Of a stretch of 64,000 bases of DNA, positions 19,545 to 32,005 are shown one piece after another (position 1 is the first letter of the stretch; each line of letters opens with the position of its first letter). Below the pieces are notes generated by a model. That model did not search any database. It worked only from the letters and a program-made list of their open reading frames with translations, and was not told the origin of the DNA. A program made the translations under genes and the position numbers. The DNA is from Eledone cirrhosa (lineage: Eukaryota): assembly GCA_964016885.1 (NCBI GenBank), contig OZ024749.1, positions 18,972,001 to 19,036,000 on the forward strand, given 5' to 3'.

Positions 19545-19546
<2 letters not shown>
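16593..19546 (-). mobile_element. 5'-truncated Penelope-like element (Neptune-type) with inverted pLTR copy
   Basis: RT-EN ORF 17854-19203; 19205-19546 is the reverse complement of ~16630-16972. Confidence 0.88.
17854..19203 (-). CDS. PLE RT (C-terminal half) plus GIY-YIG endonuclease, open frame but 5'-truncated
   Basis: GTAMGTKTAPTYANL, WKRYLDDCF, FLD, YYKPTD...SCHP, linker CDRPNCGIC, NLIYVLTCSGCREQYIGQT...LRQRMTVH, SEH, GPRLN. Confidence 0.92.
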   Translation of the reverse strand, partial: LGIEAIQFWLENFHNELPQRIKKEFVIEGLKFILENNYFVFNNKPYRQKSGTAMGTKTAPTYANLVMGYLEITLYTKVLNKFGNTLHLHIERNWKRYLDDCFILWHENIEKLKEFHTLINGLNTNINFTMEYSHQQLPFLDILIKIHNKKIETDIYYKPTDSKQYLPFNSCHPRHVKINIPYNLAKRICTIVSNKNICYLRLQELKDTLIGRDYPASLIDNGIQRALKLSTQDLRHPKVNQPKLKALPYISTHNPLNNEAFDTILQNIPVLKKDHRMNQILRTHDIIKSKRQSKSMKNILTHAKVLPTTTTKPTVKKCDRPNCGICINLIEGSEFYFKDGQRFIVKHNFTCASENLIYVLTCSGCREQYIGQTKNSLRQRMTVHRSQIKIREYRKIPLSEHIDTCAAQNHPNFRIFPLYKFKDNATHTQRISKESYFINKYGPRLNTSP

Positions 19547-19602
<56 letters not shown>

Positions 19603-19631
19603 ATGTATATATATATATATATATATATTTG

Positions 19632-19666
<35 letters not shown>

Positions 19667-19726
19667 ATGTATATATATATATATATATATATTTGTATGT
19701 ATATATATATGTATGTATGTATGTCA

Positions 19727-20140
19727 TCTGGGAGAGATGACCCCTTAGCCTTTGTCAAGGCAGAATTCTAGGAGAAGGAAAACTCTGATATAACACCTGC
19801 AACTCTGATGGTATCCAATGATGTTGACTTGTTCTTCTTTTTGGTAAATATCATTTTGGTTAAGAAAGTGGGACTGGCTTTGTGCAGTGCCTTTGCTCAC
19901 TATAAATGCTTCACGGCACAGGCATTGCTTTATATCTGGAGATCTCTCTGCACTTGTCGTCACATGGTACCATGGGCCCTGCACTATGTGTCAATAATTG
20001 TCACAAGTGTCGTGTTTGTACCAGAGTTTTCAAGTCGCTGGCTGGACTAAAAAGTCACACTCGTTCAGCGCATCGGTAGGGGTTCTCCTACATGGATATA
20101 AAGTAGTGGCCGTACTCGAAAACGAGTTGGCAGCCACCAT
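19727..20140 (+). mobile_element. Non-autonomous RTE-derived element, 5'-truncated copy
   Basis: Homologous to 39199-39806; ends GGCCGTACTCGAAAACGAGTTGGCAGCCACC plus (ATGT)n. Confidence 0.7.
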
Positions 20141-20413
20141 GTATGTATATATATATATATATATTTGTATGTATATATATATGTATGTATGTATGTATAC
20201 ATATATATATATTTGTATGTATATATATATATATATTTGTATGTATATATATATATATATTTGTATGTATATATATATATATATTTGTATGTATATATAT
20301 ATATATATATTTGTATGTATATATATATATATATATTTGTATGTATATATATATATATATTTGTATGTATATATATATATATATATTTGTATGTCTTTAT
20401 ATATATATATTTG

Positions 20414-20456
<43 letters not shown>

Positions 20457-20667
20457 ATGTATATATATATATATATTTGTATGTATATATATATATATAT
20501 TTGTATGTATATATATATATATATATATATATTTGTATGTATATATATATATATATATTTGTATGTATATATATATATATATTTGTATGTATATATATAT
20601 ATATATATTTGTATGTATATATATATATATATATTTGTATGTATATATATATATGTATGTATGTATG

Positions 20668-20706
<39 letters not shown>

Positions 20707-20777
20707 GTATGTATGTATGTATATATGTATGTATGTATGTATATATGTATGTATGTATGTATATATATGTATGTATG

Positions 20778-20808
<31 letters not shown>

Positions 20809-20829
20809 ATATATATATATGTATGTATG

Positions 20830-20866
<37 letters not shown>

Positions 20867-20973
20867 ATATATGTATGTATGTATGTATGTATATCTATAT
20901 ATATATATGTAGGTATGTATATATATATGTATATATAATATAAGATCAAAAGATGGTTAAAGAAGTTCCATAT

Positions 20974-21042
20974 ATTTTATTATGCGCATTTCAAAAACAA
21001 ACATCATCAAGCAATAATATTTGTGTTTTCATCAGATAAAAC
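20974..21042 (-). ncRNA. Type I hammerhead ribozyme (family B)
   Basis: Same as 6317-6385. Confidence 0.85.
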
Positions 21043-21920
21043 AGGAGAACATGATATGAAGGCTAAAAAAACACTTGTTGATAGTGCAGTTTTAAATCAA
21101 CATATGAAAAGTGGTTTTAGATTGATGTGTGATATTGGGAAAAATATTTTATTTAGAGGGGGGGGTGAAAAGGGAGGGAGATGAGAGGGAGAGATGGGTG
21201 ATAGAGAGAAAGAGATAGTTTTTATAACTGAGAGGAGATATATTTTTTACATAGAGGGGTTGAAAACGTTGGAAGATACTGTATAAATTAAAAATTTTGA
21301 AAATTAACGAAGGGAGGATATGTGCGAGGAAAAAATATTTTATTTAGGGAGGGTGGGGTGGAAAGGATGAAAAAAAGGGGGGAGGAGATGAGAGTGAAGG
21401 TGGAGAGGGAGAGATGGGTGATAGAGAGAAAGAGATAGTTTTTATAACTGAGAAAAAGATATATTGTTTTAATATAGAGAGGTTGGGAACCGTTGGAAGA
21501 TAATGTATAAATTAAAGGAATTTGAAAATTAACGAAGGGAAATTATGTATGAAGATAGAGAGAAAAAAATAATAATTGTGGGTGAATATCCACCCTCCCT
21601 AAATAAAATATTTTTTCCTCGCACATATCCTCCCTTCGTTAATTTTCAAAATTTTTAATTTATACAGTATCTTCCAACGGTTTTCAACCCCTCTATGTAC
21701 AAAAATATATCTCCTCTCAGTTATAAAAACTATCTCTTTCTCTCTATCACCCATCTCTCCCTCTCATCTCCCTCCCTTTTCATCCTTCCCCCCCCCCCCC
21801 CCCTCTCTAAATAAAATATTTTTCCCAATATCACACATCAATCTAAAACCACTTTTCATATGTTCATTTAAAACTGCACTATCAACAAGTGTTTTTTTAG
21901 CCTTCATATCATGTTCTCCT

Positions 21921-21986
21921 GTTTTATCTGATGAAAACACAAATATTATTGCTTGATGTTTGTTTTTGAAATGCGCATAATAAAAT
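21921..21986 (+). ncRNA. Type I hammerhead ribozyme (family B, 3-nt deletion in stem II)
   Basis: GTTTTAT-CTGATGA-AAACACAAATATT...GATGTTTGTTTTT-GAAA-TGCGCA-TA-ATAAAAT. Confidence 0.85.
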
Positions 21987-22351
21987 ATATGGAACTCCTT
22001 TAACCATCTTTTGATCTTATATTATGCATACTCCAGTCCCACAAACTGTAGAGTGCTTCTTATCCGATATCTGCATTGCTTTATTGTACTACAATAAAAC
22101 TCACCTCCTACATTATATGTATATATATATATGTATGTATGTATGTATATATATATGTATGTATATATATATATATGTATGTATGTATATATATATGTAT
22201 GTATATGTATATATATATGTATGTATATATATATATATATGTATGTATATATATATGTATGTATGTATGTATATATATATATATATGTATGTATGTATAT
22301 GTATATATATATGTATGTATATGTATATATATATGTATGTATGTATGTATG

Positions 22352-22382
<31 letters not shown>

Positions 22383-22673
22383 ATATGTATGTATATATGT
22401 ATGTATGTATGTATATATGTATGTATGTATATATATATGTATGTATGTATGTATGTATATATATTTGTATGTATGTATATATATATATTTGTATGTATGT
22501 ATATATATATATTTGTATGTATGTATATATATATATTTGTATGTATGTATATATATATATTTGTATGTATGTATATATATATATTTGTATGTTTATATAT
22601 ATATATATATATATATATTTGTATGTATATATATATATATATATATATTTGTATGTATATATATATTTGTATC

Positions 22674-22817
<144 letters not shown>

Positions 22818-23768
22818 ATGTATATATATATATATATATATTTGTATATAAAATTTCAGGTTATCAATAATGTAGTGATAATATATCGTTACGTTAGAGA
22901 TGAACAGCGTACGTGTAGGTTTTCTCAACGAGTATAAATTATATTCCGGAGAAAATGTAGAAAAGATGAATATAAAATGAAAGTGCTTTTTTTAAAAAAA
23001 AAGGAATTTATTCGGTATTGACATATGTTTCTGGAACAGACGGAATACCTATGTATCGCTGCTTGCGTAATCATATAATGTTAGCAAGTAGATAGCAAAT
23101 GTATAATCAGTTGTCACTTCTTCATAGATTTTGGATAAATTGGATAAAATCAGAAAAATTGAAGTATTTATATTAGTGGTAATAGAGGAAGAAAAGAGGG
23201 GATAGTATATGACAGATGGTAATTCAATTTACTGCTAAACAAGTATATAAAGGGTTTCTAATGAGAATACAATGAGTAAATGGTTTATTTTATCTAAATA
23301 AGAATTTTTGGGAGTGCCTATTTTAATCTATACTTGACCAATTGAACAATGGACAGGGCTGGTCTTTTGGTGTAGTAGTATTAATTATTGAGGAAGGGGG
23401 AGATTTTGACTTCTACTGAATAACATCAATGCTAGTAGCCAGCTGGTATATGCATTAGGGAATTGAATTAAGAAATCTCATTTTATCTATAGCAGTTTAT
23501 ATTAAATGGTAAAGAATAGAAGAGTTGATAGAATTAAGACTAATAGAGAATGTTAATATGTATTTTGAAAATCAGACGGAGATGGAGACGGGCGTTCAAT
23601 CCTGGTAGTATTTGTAATATGAAAATGTAGATTTCAAGCGATGGATACAGTATAACGATCGCTCTATTCTGTTATTTAATAAAATGTTTTTTTATTAAAT
23701 AACATAATATGTATATATATATATATATATATTTGTATGTATATATATATATATGTATTTGTATGTAT

Positions 23769-23813
<45 letters not shown>

Positions 23814-23827
23814 TATGTATTTGTATG

Positions 23828-23862
<35 letters not shown>

Positions 23863-23919
23863 ATCTGGAGTTGATAAAGTACCAGTTATTTTTTCAAACA
23901 TGTTTTATTATTGGTGATT

Positions 23920-24137
23920 CTAGTGGGTTGGCAGTACCCGTAGAGCTTTGGACAATATGCTTTGTGGCATAGTTATGGCCGTTTATGTTCTGAGTTCAAA
24001 TCTTGCTGAGGTTAGCTTTGCCTTGCATCCTTATGGGGTCGATAACATAAAGTACTAGTAATGCACAGGGGTTGATTTAATCGAGTTTCCCTGCTCTCAA
24101 AATTGTTTGCTTTGTACCAATATCAGAAACCATTATT
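23920..24137 (+). mobile_element. tRNA-derived SINE family 2
   Basis: TGGCAG A-box-like, GAGTTCAAATC B-box, body GCCTT(T)CATCCTTA(C)GGGGTCGATAA...AGTAC. Confidence 0.75.
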
Positions 24138-26098
24138 GGTGATTGCTTTATGTTTATCCTGTTCAAAATAGGTACCCCAAATGTCTGTTTTGTTAGAGGG
24201 AACTAAAAGGGTTGATGCCAAGAAGGACGTCCAGCTGTAAAACATTGCCTCAATAAGGACCCTATGATAAGTATGGAGTATACAACTTATCATGGAGTCT
24301 GTATGGTTAATTCCTGCTCTAGCAGGTGAAACAGCCTTAAAATGTTTGTTGTTTAATCAGGGAAGGAAGGGCTATGTCCATATGGGGTCGACAGAGCTAA
24401 TTCCTGCTCTAGCAGGGCAAATGGCCTTAAAAGGTTTATATTTTATTCAGATAGGGAAGGGCAGTGAGCTTGTTACTTTTCAGAGCGCTTAAGACTGGTG
24501 AGAGGGAACAAAGTGTCCACAAACTGGATGGTCACAAATAAACCTGAATGCTTGTAATAGACTGGTCCCTGTTTAAGGCACCTGAGGGCCAGGTACTAAT
24601 GGTAAAGGGCTCTTAAATGCTGATGGTGTCGTAAAGGTGCCATCTTAACATATAATGTCTTGGGCATTTTAAACCTGGCAGCAGAAGCCATCCCTCACCA
24701 ATCTGGAACACAACCAACGTCTTTCAGAGAAAGAGAGAGATGTAGAGAGAGTGAGGGAGATGGAAAGAGACAGATGTAGAGAGAGGGAGATGGAAAGAGA
24801 GATGTAGAGAAAGAGAGGGAAAGAGAGAGAGTGAGGGAGATGGTAAGAGAGAGATGTAGAGAGAGTGAGAAGCAAAATCATGCCCCTGTAGAGAGAGTGA
24901 GAAGCAAAATCATGCCCCTGTACCTTGCTACCTTTGCTACCTTGTTTGTACAATTGATGTACAGCAAAGAACCACCATCTGTCTCCACTTTGATTGGTCT
25001 TGAGCAAGTTTTGGAGCCTGCTACCAGTTGGTCTTTCATTTGCGCAGGTCTTCTTTTCACAGTTGTACATCAAGTAATTACAGGCCTACCCCTCCTTTCT
25101 CTCTTCAGGCTTGGCTAGGTACTAAGGACCATAGATTTCAATATTTCCACCATTTTAACATACACGTTTGCATGTAATACATATGTATGTGCATTCACAC
25201 ACACACACACGTGCATATAAAGAGCATATTTACATATATTTATTGTTAAATATACATACATGTACACAAACTGGTCCAAGGTCACTAATCTGTTAATTCT
25301 AACTGTATCCCCCTCCACCACCTCTAATGTCTGACCTACATCGTTAATGTTCATCTCCCCTCTTTACACACTCTCCCTGACACCACCACCATCTAGCACA
25401 CATCAGTAATCCCCCCCCCCCACCTCATGATACCCCAATATGGTTGTCTAATCTGAACAATCTTTAATAAAATGCCATTACATGCCTCAAGTTTGGACAA
25501 CAACAACATTAGCAATAACAACAGTAAAAACACCAGTAACAACAATAACAACAGTAAAACACCAATAACACCACCAACAACAGCAATAACACCACCACCA
25601 ACAACAACAACAGCAACAATACCAACAAATGCATATGTAGGTGTGAGCATGTTTGTCTGTGTGTATGTGTTTGTCTGGGTGTATGTGTGTCTATAAGTAT
25701 ATGTGTGTGTGTGTGTGTGTTTGTCTAGATGTATGTGTCTATAAGTGTGTGAGTATATATGTGTATGTATCTGTATGTCTAGGTTCATTCTAGCTGCTAA
25801 ACTCTGCCAGTTACAGACTGCACATCCACATGAGATATTTTTCTCCACACAATTCTATCACCAACAGTAGAGTTTAAAGAACAAAGGTCTTCCAGTCCAT
25901 AAGTTGACATTATCAAGCCATCGTTTTGGCTGCCGGCCTCTGCTTCTCTTACCAGCCAACCTTCCTTCCAGGAATATATAATACCTTTCGATCACCAACA
26001 GCAGAGTTTAAAGAACAAAAGCCAAGTACAGTCTATAAGTTGACATTATCAAGCCATCGTTTTGGCTGCTGGCCTTTGCTTCTCTTACCAGCCAACCT

Positions 26099-26845
26099 TC
26101 ATAATTTACTCACACCACGAGTTGATATTTTGATATAACCATACAGTTTAAGCACTCTTGACCTGACAACCAATGTGATTGGTCTAAGCTTGGTAATGTT
26201 GAGCAGCTTATTGATAGAGATAGGGTCACTGAGCTGCTTGCCAGTCATAAGTCTCATGATGTGGTTCTGGAATGTAGAGAGCTTCTGAAGTGACCTTGTC
26301 GTCCAATTAACACAGTCAAAACCATATAACACAACTGGTAGAATGTAAGTATCAAAGATCTTAGCCTTCAAATGATAGGAAACTTGTTTTGATGTTAATA
26401 CTTCCTTGTTCCTGTTGAAAGCTGCCTAACCTAGAGCGATGTGATATTGCACAGCAACCATTCCATTGTTTGATGATAGTTTGTGTCCGAGATATACAAA
26501 CTCCGTAATTTGAGCAATTTGCTGATTGTAGATTGTGAGTTCGAAATTGGCATTGTTTTTATCAGTTGTCATGCATTTTGTTTTGGAGATGTTAATGAGT
26601 AAGCCAGCCTCTAGTGAATGTTTGGTTAGTACATTCAGAAAGTTTTGCAGATCAGTTATAGAGTAACTCATGATGGCCAGATCGTCTGCATAGCTAAGAT
26701 TTGATAAGATTTGACCTCCTATTTGATAGCCGGAGGAGCATTCTTCAGTTTGGTAGATAAGTGCAGCTATAACTATACAGAAAAGAAGTGCTGATAGTAC
26801 ATCCCCCTGCTTAACACTCTTCAAGATGTCTATACACCCTGTAGT
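26099..26845 (-). mobile_element. Decayed non-LTR (RTE-like) RT fragment
   Basis: VKQGDVLSALLF, LSYADDL, GLLINISKTK, FVYLG, KAKIFDTYILPVVLYG...W; broken by stops. Confidence 0.85.
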
Positions 26846-26873
26846 GTCTGTGTGTGCATGTGAGTGTTTGTGT

Positions 26874-26907
<34 letters not shown>

Positions 26908-27389
26908 TCTAGGTGTCTGTGGGCACATCTGTGTGTGAGCATGTCCGTGTGTTTGTGTGAGTAGGTGTAGGTGTGTGCATCTCCCTCCCCGTCTGCTCTC
27001 TTTCTCCTTATTTCAATCCCTAATCAGAGCAGTTTATTTTATTTGTCCAACATTCTAATGATTCTGCTTCTAAGTAACCACATCTCGTTGTCCTGGGGTC
27101 AATACACTACCAGTCATATACTGGTGTTGTTTCTTTTTTTTTCCCCCCTATATCTGTCTCTCTCTCTCTTTCTTCCTCACTCTCTCCCTCTCTGTTTTCC
27201 TTTCTCTCACTTCCCCCTCTCTCTTTCTACCTTTCTCTCACTCCCTCCTTCTCTCACTTACTCCCTCCCTCTCTGTCTACCTTTCCCTCACTCCCTCTTT
27301 CTCCCACTCCTCCCTCTCTTTCTCTCCCCCTTTCTCTCACTCCTCACCACCTACTCTCTCCCTCCTACTCTCTCACCATATTTTTATGG

Positions 27390-28196
27390 GGGTGATGGTA
27401 TGGTGGTGATGGTATGGTAGTGATGGTAGTGGTGGTGATGGTGATGGTAGTTATGGTGGTGGTGGTGGTGATGGTAGTGATGATGATGGTAGTTATGGTG
27501 ATGGTGGTTATGATGGTGGTGGTGGTGATGGTGATGGTAGTTATGGTGATGATGGTGGTAGTGGTGATGGTAGTTATGGTGGTGGTGGTGATGGTAGTTA
27601 TGGTGGTAGTGGTGATGGTAGTTATGGTGGTAGTGGTGATTGTAGTTATGGTGGTAGTGGTGATGGTAGTTATGGTGGTAGTGGTGATGGTAGTTATGGT
27701 GGTAGTGGTGATGGTAGTGGTGGTGGTAGTGGTGATGGTAGTTATGGTGGTAGTGGTGATGGTAGTTATGGTGGTAGTGGTGATGGTAGTGGTGGTGATG
27801 GTAGTTATGGTGGTGGTGGTGATGGTAGTTGTGGTGGTGATGGTAGTTATGGTGGTGGTGGTGATGGTAGTTATGGTGGTGGTGGTGATGGTAGTTATGG
27901 TGGTAGTGGTGATGGTAGTTATGGTGGTAGTGGTGATGGTAGTTATGGTGGTGGTGGTGATGGTAGTTATGGTGGTAGTGGTGATGGTAGTTATGGTGGT
28001 GGTGGTGATGGTAGTTATGGTGGTGGTGGTGATGGTAGTTATGGTGGTGGTGGTGATGGTAGTTATGGTGGTGGTGGTGATGGTAGTTATGGTGGTGGTG
28101 GTGATGGTAGTTATGGTGGTGGTGGTGATGGTAGTTATGGTGGTGGTGGTGATGGTAGTTATGGTGGTGGTGGTGATGGTAGTTATGGTGGTGGTG
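27390..28196. repeat. 21-bp minisatellite (GTGATGGTAGTTATGGTGGTG)n
   Basis: Direct reading. Confidence 0.92.
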
Positions 28197-28276
28197 AGAG
28201 AGTGACACTTATTTTGCAATAATCATATTGAATCCTGACTTTGGTAGGAGTTCAATTGATTGATTATGAAATAATC

Positions 28277-28281
<5 letters not shown>

Positions 28282-28326
<45 letters not shown>

Positions 28327-28329
28327 ATA

Positions 28330-28369
<40 letters not shown>

Positions 28370-28372
28370 ATA

Positions 28373-28404
<32 letters not shown>

Positions 28405-28463
28405 ATAATATATATATATATGTGTGTGTGTATAATATATATATATATGTGTGTGTGTGTATA

Positions 28464-28499
<36 letters not shown>

Positions 28500-28587
28500 A
28501 TAATATATATGTGTGTGTGTGTGTGTGTGTATAATATATATATATGTGTGTGTGTGTATAATATATATATATATGTGTGTGTGTATA

Positions 28588-28623
<36 letters not shown>

Positions 28624-28680
28624 ATAATATATATATATGTGTGTGTGTGTATAATATATATATATATGTGTGTGTGTATA

Positions 28681-28714
<34 letters not shown>

Positions 28715-28780
28715 ATAATATATATATATATGTGTGTGTGTATAATATATATATATATATGTGTGTGTGTATGTGTGTGT
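28282..28780. repeat. Compound [(TA)n(TG)n TATAA] microsatellite
   Basis: Direct reading. Confidence 0.92.
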
Positions 28781-28876
28781 AAAGAGATGAGAGATTTAAA
28801 GGGATTAGCCTTCAGGCATCCATTTTAAACTAACATCCTTCAAGAAGTACTATTAATAAAGAAATCATCATTATTA

Positions 28877-29287
28877 TGTGGATTGGCAGTATCGATAGAG
28901 AGTCGGACGCCATGCTTTCCAGCATAGTTACGTCCCTTTACGGTCTGAGTTCAAAACCCGCCGAGGTTAACTTTGCCTTTCATCCTTACGGGGTTGATAA
29001 AATAAAGTACCAGTAATGTACTGGGTAATTGCTGGCCTTGTGCTAAAAGTAGAAACAATTATTATTATCATTATTAGGGTGGCGGATTGGCAGCATCGGT
29101 AGAGTGTCGATCATCATACTTTGTGGGATAGTTACGTTTTTTTTTTTACATTCTGAGTTCAAATCCCGCCGAGATTAGCTTTGCTTTTCATCCATATGGG
29201 AGTCGATAAAATAAAGTACCAGTCATGCACTGGTGTTGATTTAATCAACTTTCTCCTCAGCCCGCCCAAAATTGCTGGCCTTGTGCT
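28877..29287 (+). mobile_element. Two head-to-tail SINE family 2 copies
   Basis: GGATTGGCAG head, GAGTTCAAA B-box, AATTGCTGGCCTTGTGC tail, twice. Confidence 0.8.
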
Positions 29288-29918
29288 CGTTCTCTCTCTC
29301 TTTCTCTCTCTCTTCTTTCGCTCACTTTCTCTCTCTCTCTGGCTCTCTTGATCACTCTCTCTCTCTCTCTCTCTCACCATTGACCATTATTTAAATTATT
29401 CTGTTGTCTTCCAAGATGTTATCAACTGGACACTAAATTGGAGTGGTGGTGTCAAAGGTTAGATAAAACTGTTTGGCTGGTAGGGTAGGGAGCGGGGTGG
29501 GCTAATTGTTTAATCAACCCTTTCATTAATGAAGTTCTAATGAAAGACACTGCTGCCTGGGATTTTGTGAATAATTTTGAAAAGTAATCAAGAATTTGGA
29601 AGGATTTAGCAATCTAAATGAAGCTGACTATCTCACTTATCTATCTGCAGTTTGGAACATTACTTATGATGGAAGGTTTTTAGATTAATATAAGCACTTT
29701 AAAATAAACAGGTTTGTGTTGTAGAACTAGGAATGTTTGGAACATAACTTAAGAACGGCTCTTACATAAAACTATGAGGGAAGGTTTTTAGATAAATATA
29801 AACACTTTCAAACAAACAATTTTGTATCATAGAACTAGGAGTGTTTGGGACATAACTTAACAAAGGATCTTACATAAAATTATGACAGAAGGTTTTTAGA
29901 TTAATATAAGCACTTTAA

Positions 29919-30129
29919 CCCTTTAGCATTTACATTACTCTATATATATTTTTATGGTAAAGGCTTTACCTCACATAATTATCTCGCATAATATCGAATC
30001 TATGAGATTTTGATATTATTTATTTTGAGAACAATACTTTAACATCAATGAGCAACCAGTTACAGCTAGTTTGAACAGAAAGAGGTGAGAGAATTTTGGC
30101 TGGATATGGCCGGTTTAAATACTAAAGGG
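29919..30129. mobile_element. piggyBac-type MITE (copy 1)
   Basis: TTAA-CCCTTTAGCATTTA...TAAATACTAAAGGG-TTAA. Confidence 0.8.
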
Positions 30130-30275
30130 TTAAAACGAACAATTTTGTATCATAGAACTAGGGGTGGTTTCAGGCTGTCTGGTATCAAAAGGGTTAAGCT
30201 GGTGTTTGGAAAATAACTTAATAAAGGTTTTTACATAAAACTATGACAGAAGGTTTTAGATTTAAAACAATTTAA

Positions 30276-30483
30276 CCCTTTAGCATTTACATTACTCTAT
30301 ATTTACTATTGTATTTTCATGGTAAAAGCTTTACTTCACATAATTATCTCACATAATATTGAATCTATGAGATTTTGATATTTATTTTGAGAACAATACC
30401 TTAACATCAGTATGAGTGGCCAGTTATGGCCAGCTTGAAGAGAAAAAGGTGAGAGAATTCCGGCTGGTTTAAATGCTAAAGGG
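30276..30483. mobile_element. piggyBac-type MITE (copy 2)
   Basis: TTAA-CCCTTTAGCATTTA...TAAATGCTAAAGGG-TTAA. Confidence 0.8.
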
Positions 30484-30634
30484 TTAAAATAAACAGTATT
30501 GTATCATAGAACCAGGGAGGGTTTCTGACAGTTTGGTACCAAAAGAGTTAAAATGTTAAATGTACTTTTTATCCAAACCAGAGGTGAGTTTTAGGTTTGA
30601 GACAGGTTGATCTGGAAAGAAAAAAAAAAAAAAA

Positions 30635-30826
30635 TAATTGTTTCTACTTTTGGCACAAGGCTAGCAATTATCCCAGTGTATTACTGGTACTTTATTTTAT
30701 CGACCCCGTAAGGATGAAAAGCAAAGTTAACCTCGGCGGGATTTGAACTCAGACCATAAAGGGCCGTAATTCTTTGCTGCAAAGCGTGGCGTCCGACCCT
30801 CTACCGATACTGCCAATCCACTGCCC
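30635..30826 (-). mobile_element. SINE family 2
   Basis: Reverse complement of the 28877 copy. Confidence 0.8.
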
Positions 30827-31071
30827 GAAAAGAAAAATAATAATGATTTCATTTATTGGCCAATAACAAAGTGTTAATTACTTCCTGCACCTCTTAGTTT
30901 GTAAATAGAAAATGTGACAGGTGGCCCCATAATAATGATATGACCCTATTGTATGTAGTGCTGGTGATGGGAATGGGAGAGGAGGGGGGGGGGGGGGCAG
31001 TTAAGAGATTTTTTTACTTTTGACTGTTTGGCTAAACACAATCCAACTGACCTTACATTATTATTATTGCA

Positions 31072-32005
31072 ATGGATTGGCAGTATTGGTAGAGGGCCGG
31101 ACACCATGCTTTGAAGCATAGAGTTACGGCCCTTGCCATTCTGAGTTAAACCCCAGAATGATATCACTAGTAATATCTTTGGTACCATGAAGTGGGATAT
31201 AAAAGACATTATACCAGTATTATTTCTATTTGGTTTAATTCCCCCCGAGGTTAACTTTTGCCTTTCATCCTTACGGGGTCAGTAAAGTAAAGTACCAGTA
31301 ATGCACTGGGATAATTGCTGGCCTTGTGCCAAAAAGTAGAAACAATTATTATTAGATTCGGTGGAACATGCTTTACAGCACAGAGTTACGGCCCTTTACG
31401 TTCTGAGTTCAACTCCTGCCGAGGTTAACTTTACCTTTCATCCTTACGGGGGTTAATAAAATAAAGTACCAATCGCGAACTGAGGTCAATCTAATCGACT
31501 TTCCCTCATCCTATAATTGCTGGCCTTGTGCCTAATGTAGAAACAATTATTATTATAATTATTAGAGCGGTGGATTGGCAGTATCGGTAGAGCGTCGGAC
31601 ACCATGATTTCAAATCATGCCAAGGTTAGCTTTACTTATCATCCTTTTGGAGTTGATAAAATTTAGTACCAGTAATGCACTGGGGTTAATTTGATTTCCC
31701 CATCACTTTAAAATTGCTGACCTTGTGCCTGCAGTATTGGTAGAGCGTTGGACATCATGCTTTGCAGCATAGAGTTACCACCCTTTAAGTTCTGAGTTCA
31801 GTTCATATCACAGCGAATTCAAATCGACTTTCTCCTCCTCCAAATTGCTGGCCTTGTGCCTAGATTAGAAACCATTATTCTCATCTGAGTTCAAATCCCG
31901 TCAAGGTTAACTTTGCCTTTCATCCTTACGGGGTCAATAAAATAAAGTACCAGTAATGTACTGGATAATTTCTGGCCTTGTGCCAAAAGTAGAAACAATT
32001 ATTAT
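31072..32005 (+). mobile_element. Cluster of about 7 whole or partial head-to-tail SINE family 2 copies
   Basis: Repeated CTGAGTTCAA, GCCTTTCATCCTTACGGGG, TTGCTGGCCTTGTGCC. Confidence 0.8.

Larger units (their letters stand above)
20936..22024. mobile_element. Inverted (3' ends outward) pair of family B pLTRs with no coding sequence
   Basis: 20936-21588 matches 6282-6937; 21589-22024 is the reverse complement of ~6282-6700. Confidence 0.88.

Noticed and set aside
27365-28219. Thr-rich mucin-like or His-rich ORFs (also 37.0-37.7, 54.6-55.1, 57.3-58.6 kb)
   Set aside because: Triplet-based minisatellites with no splice or domain support
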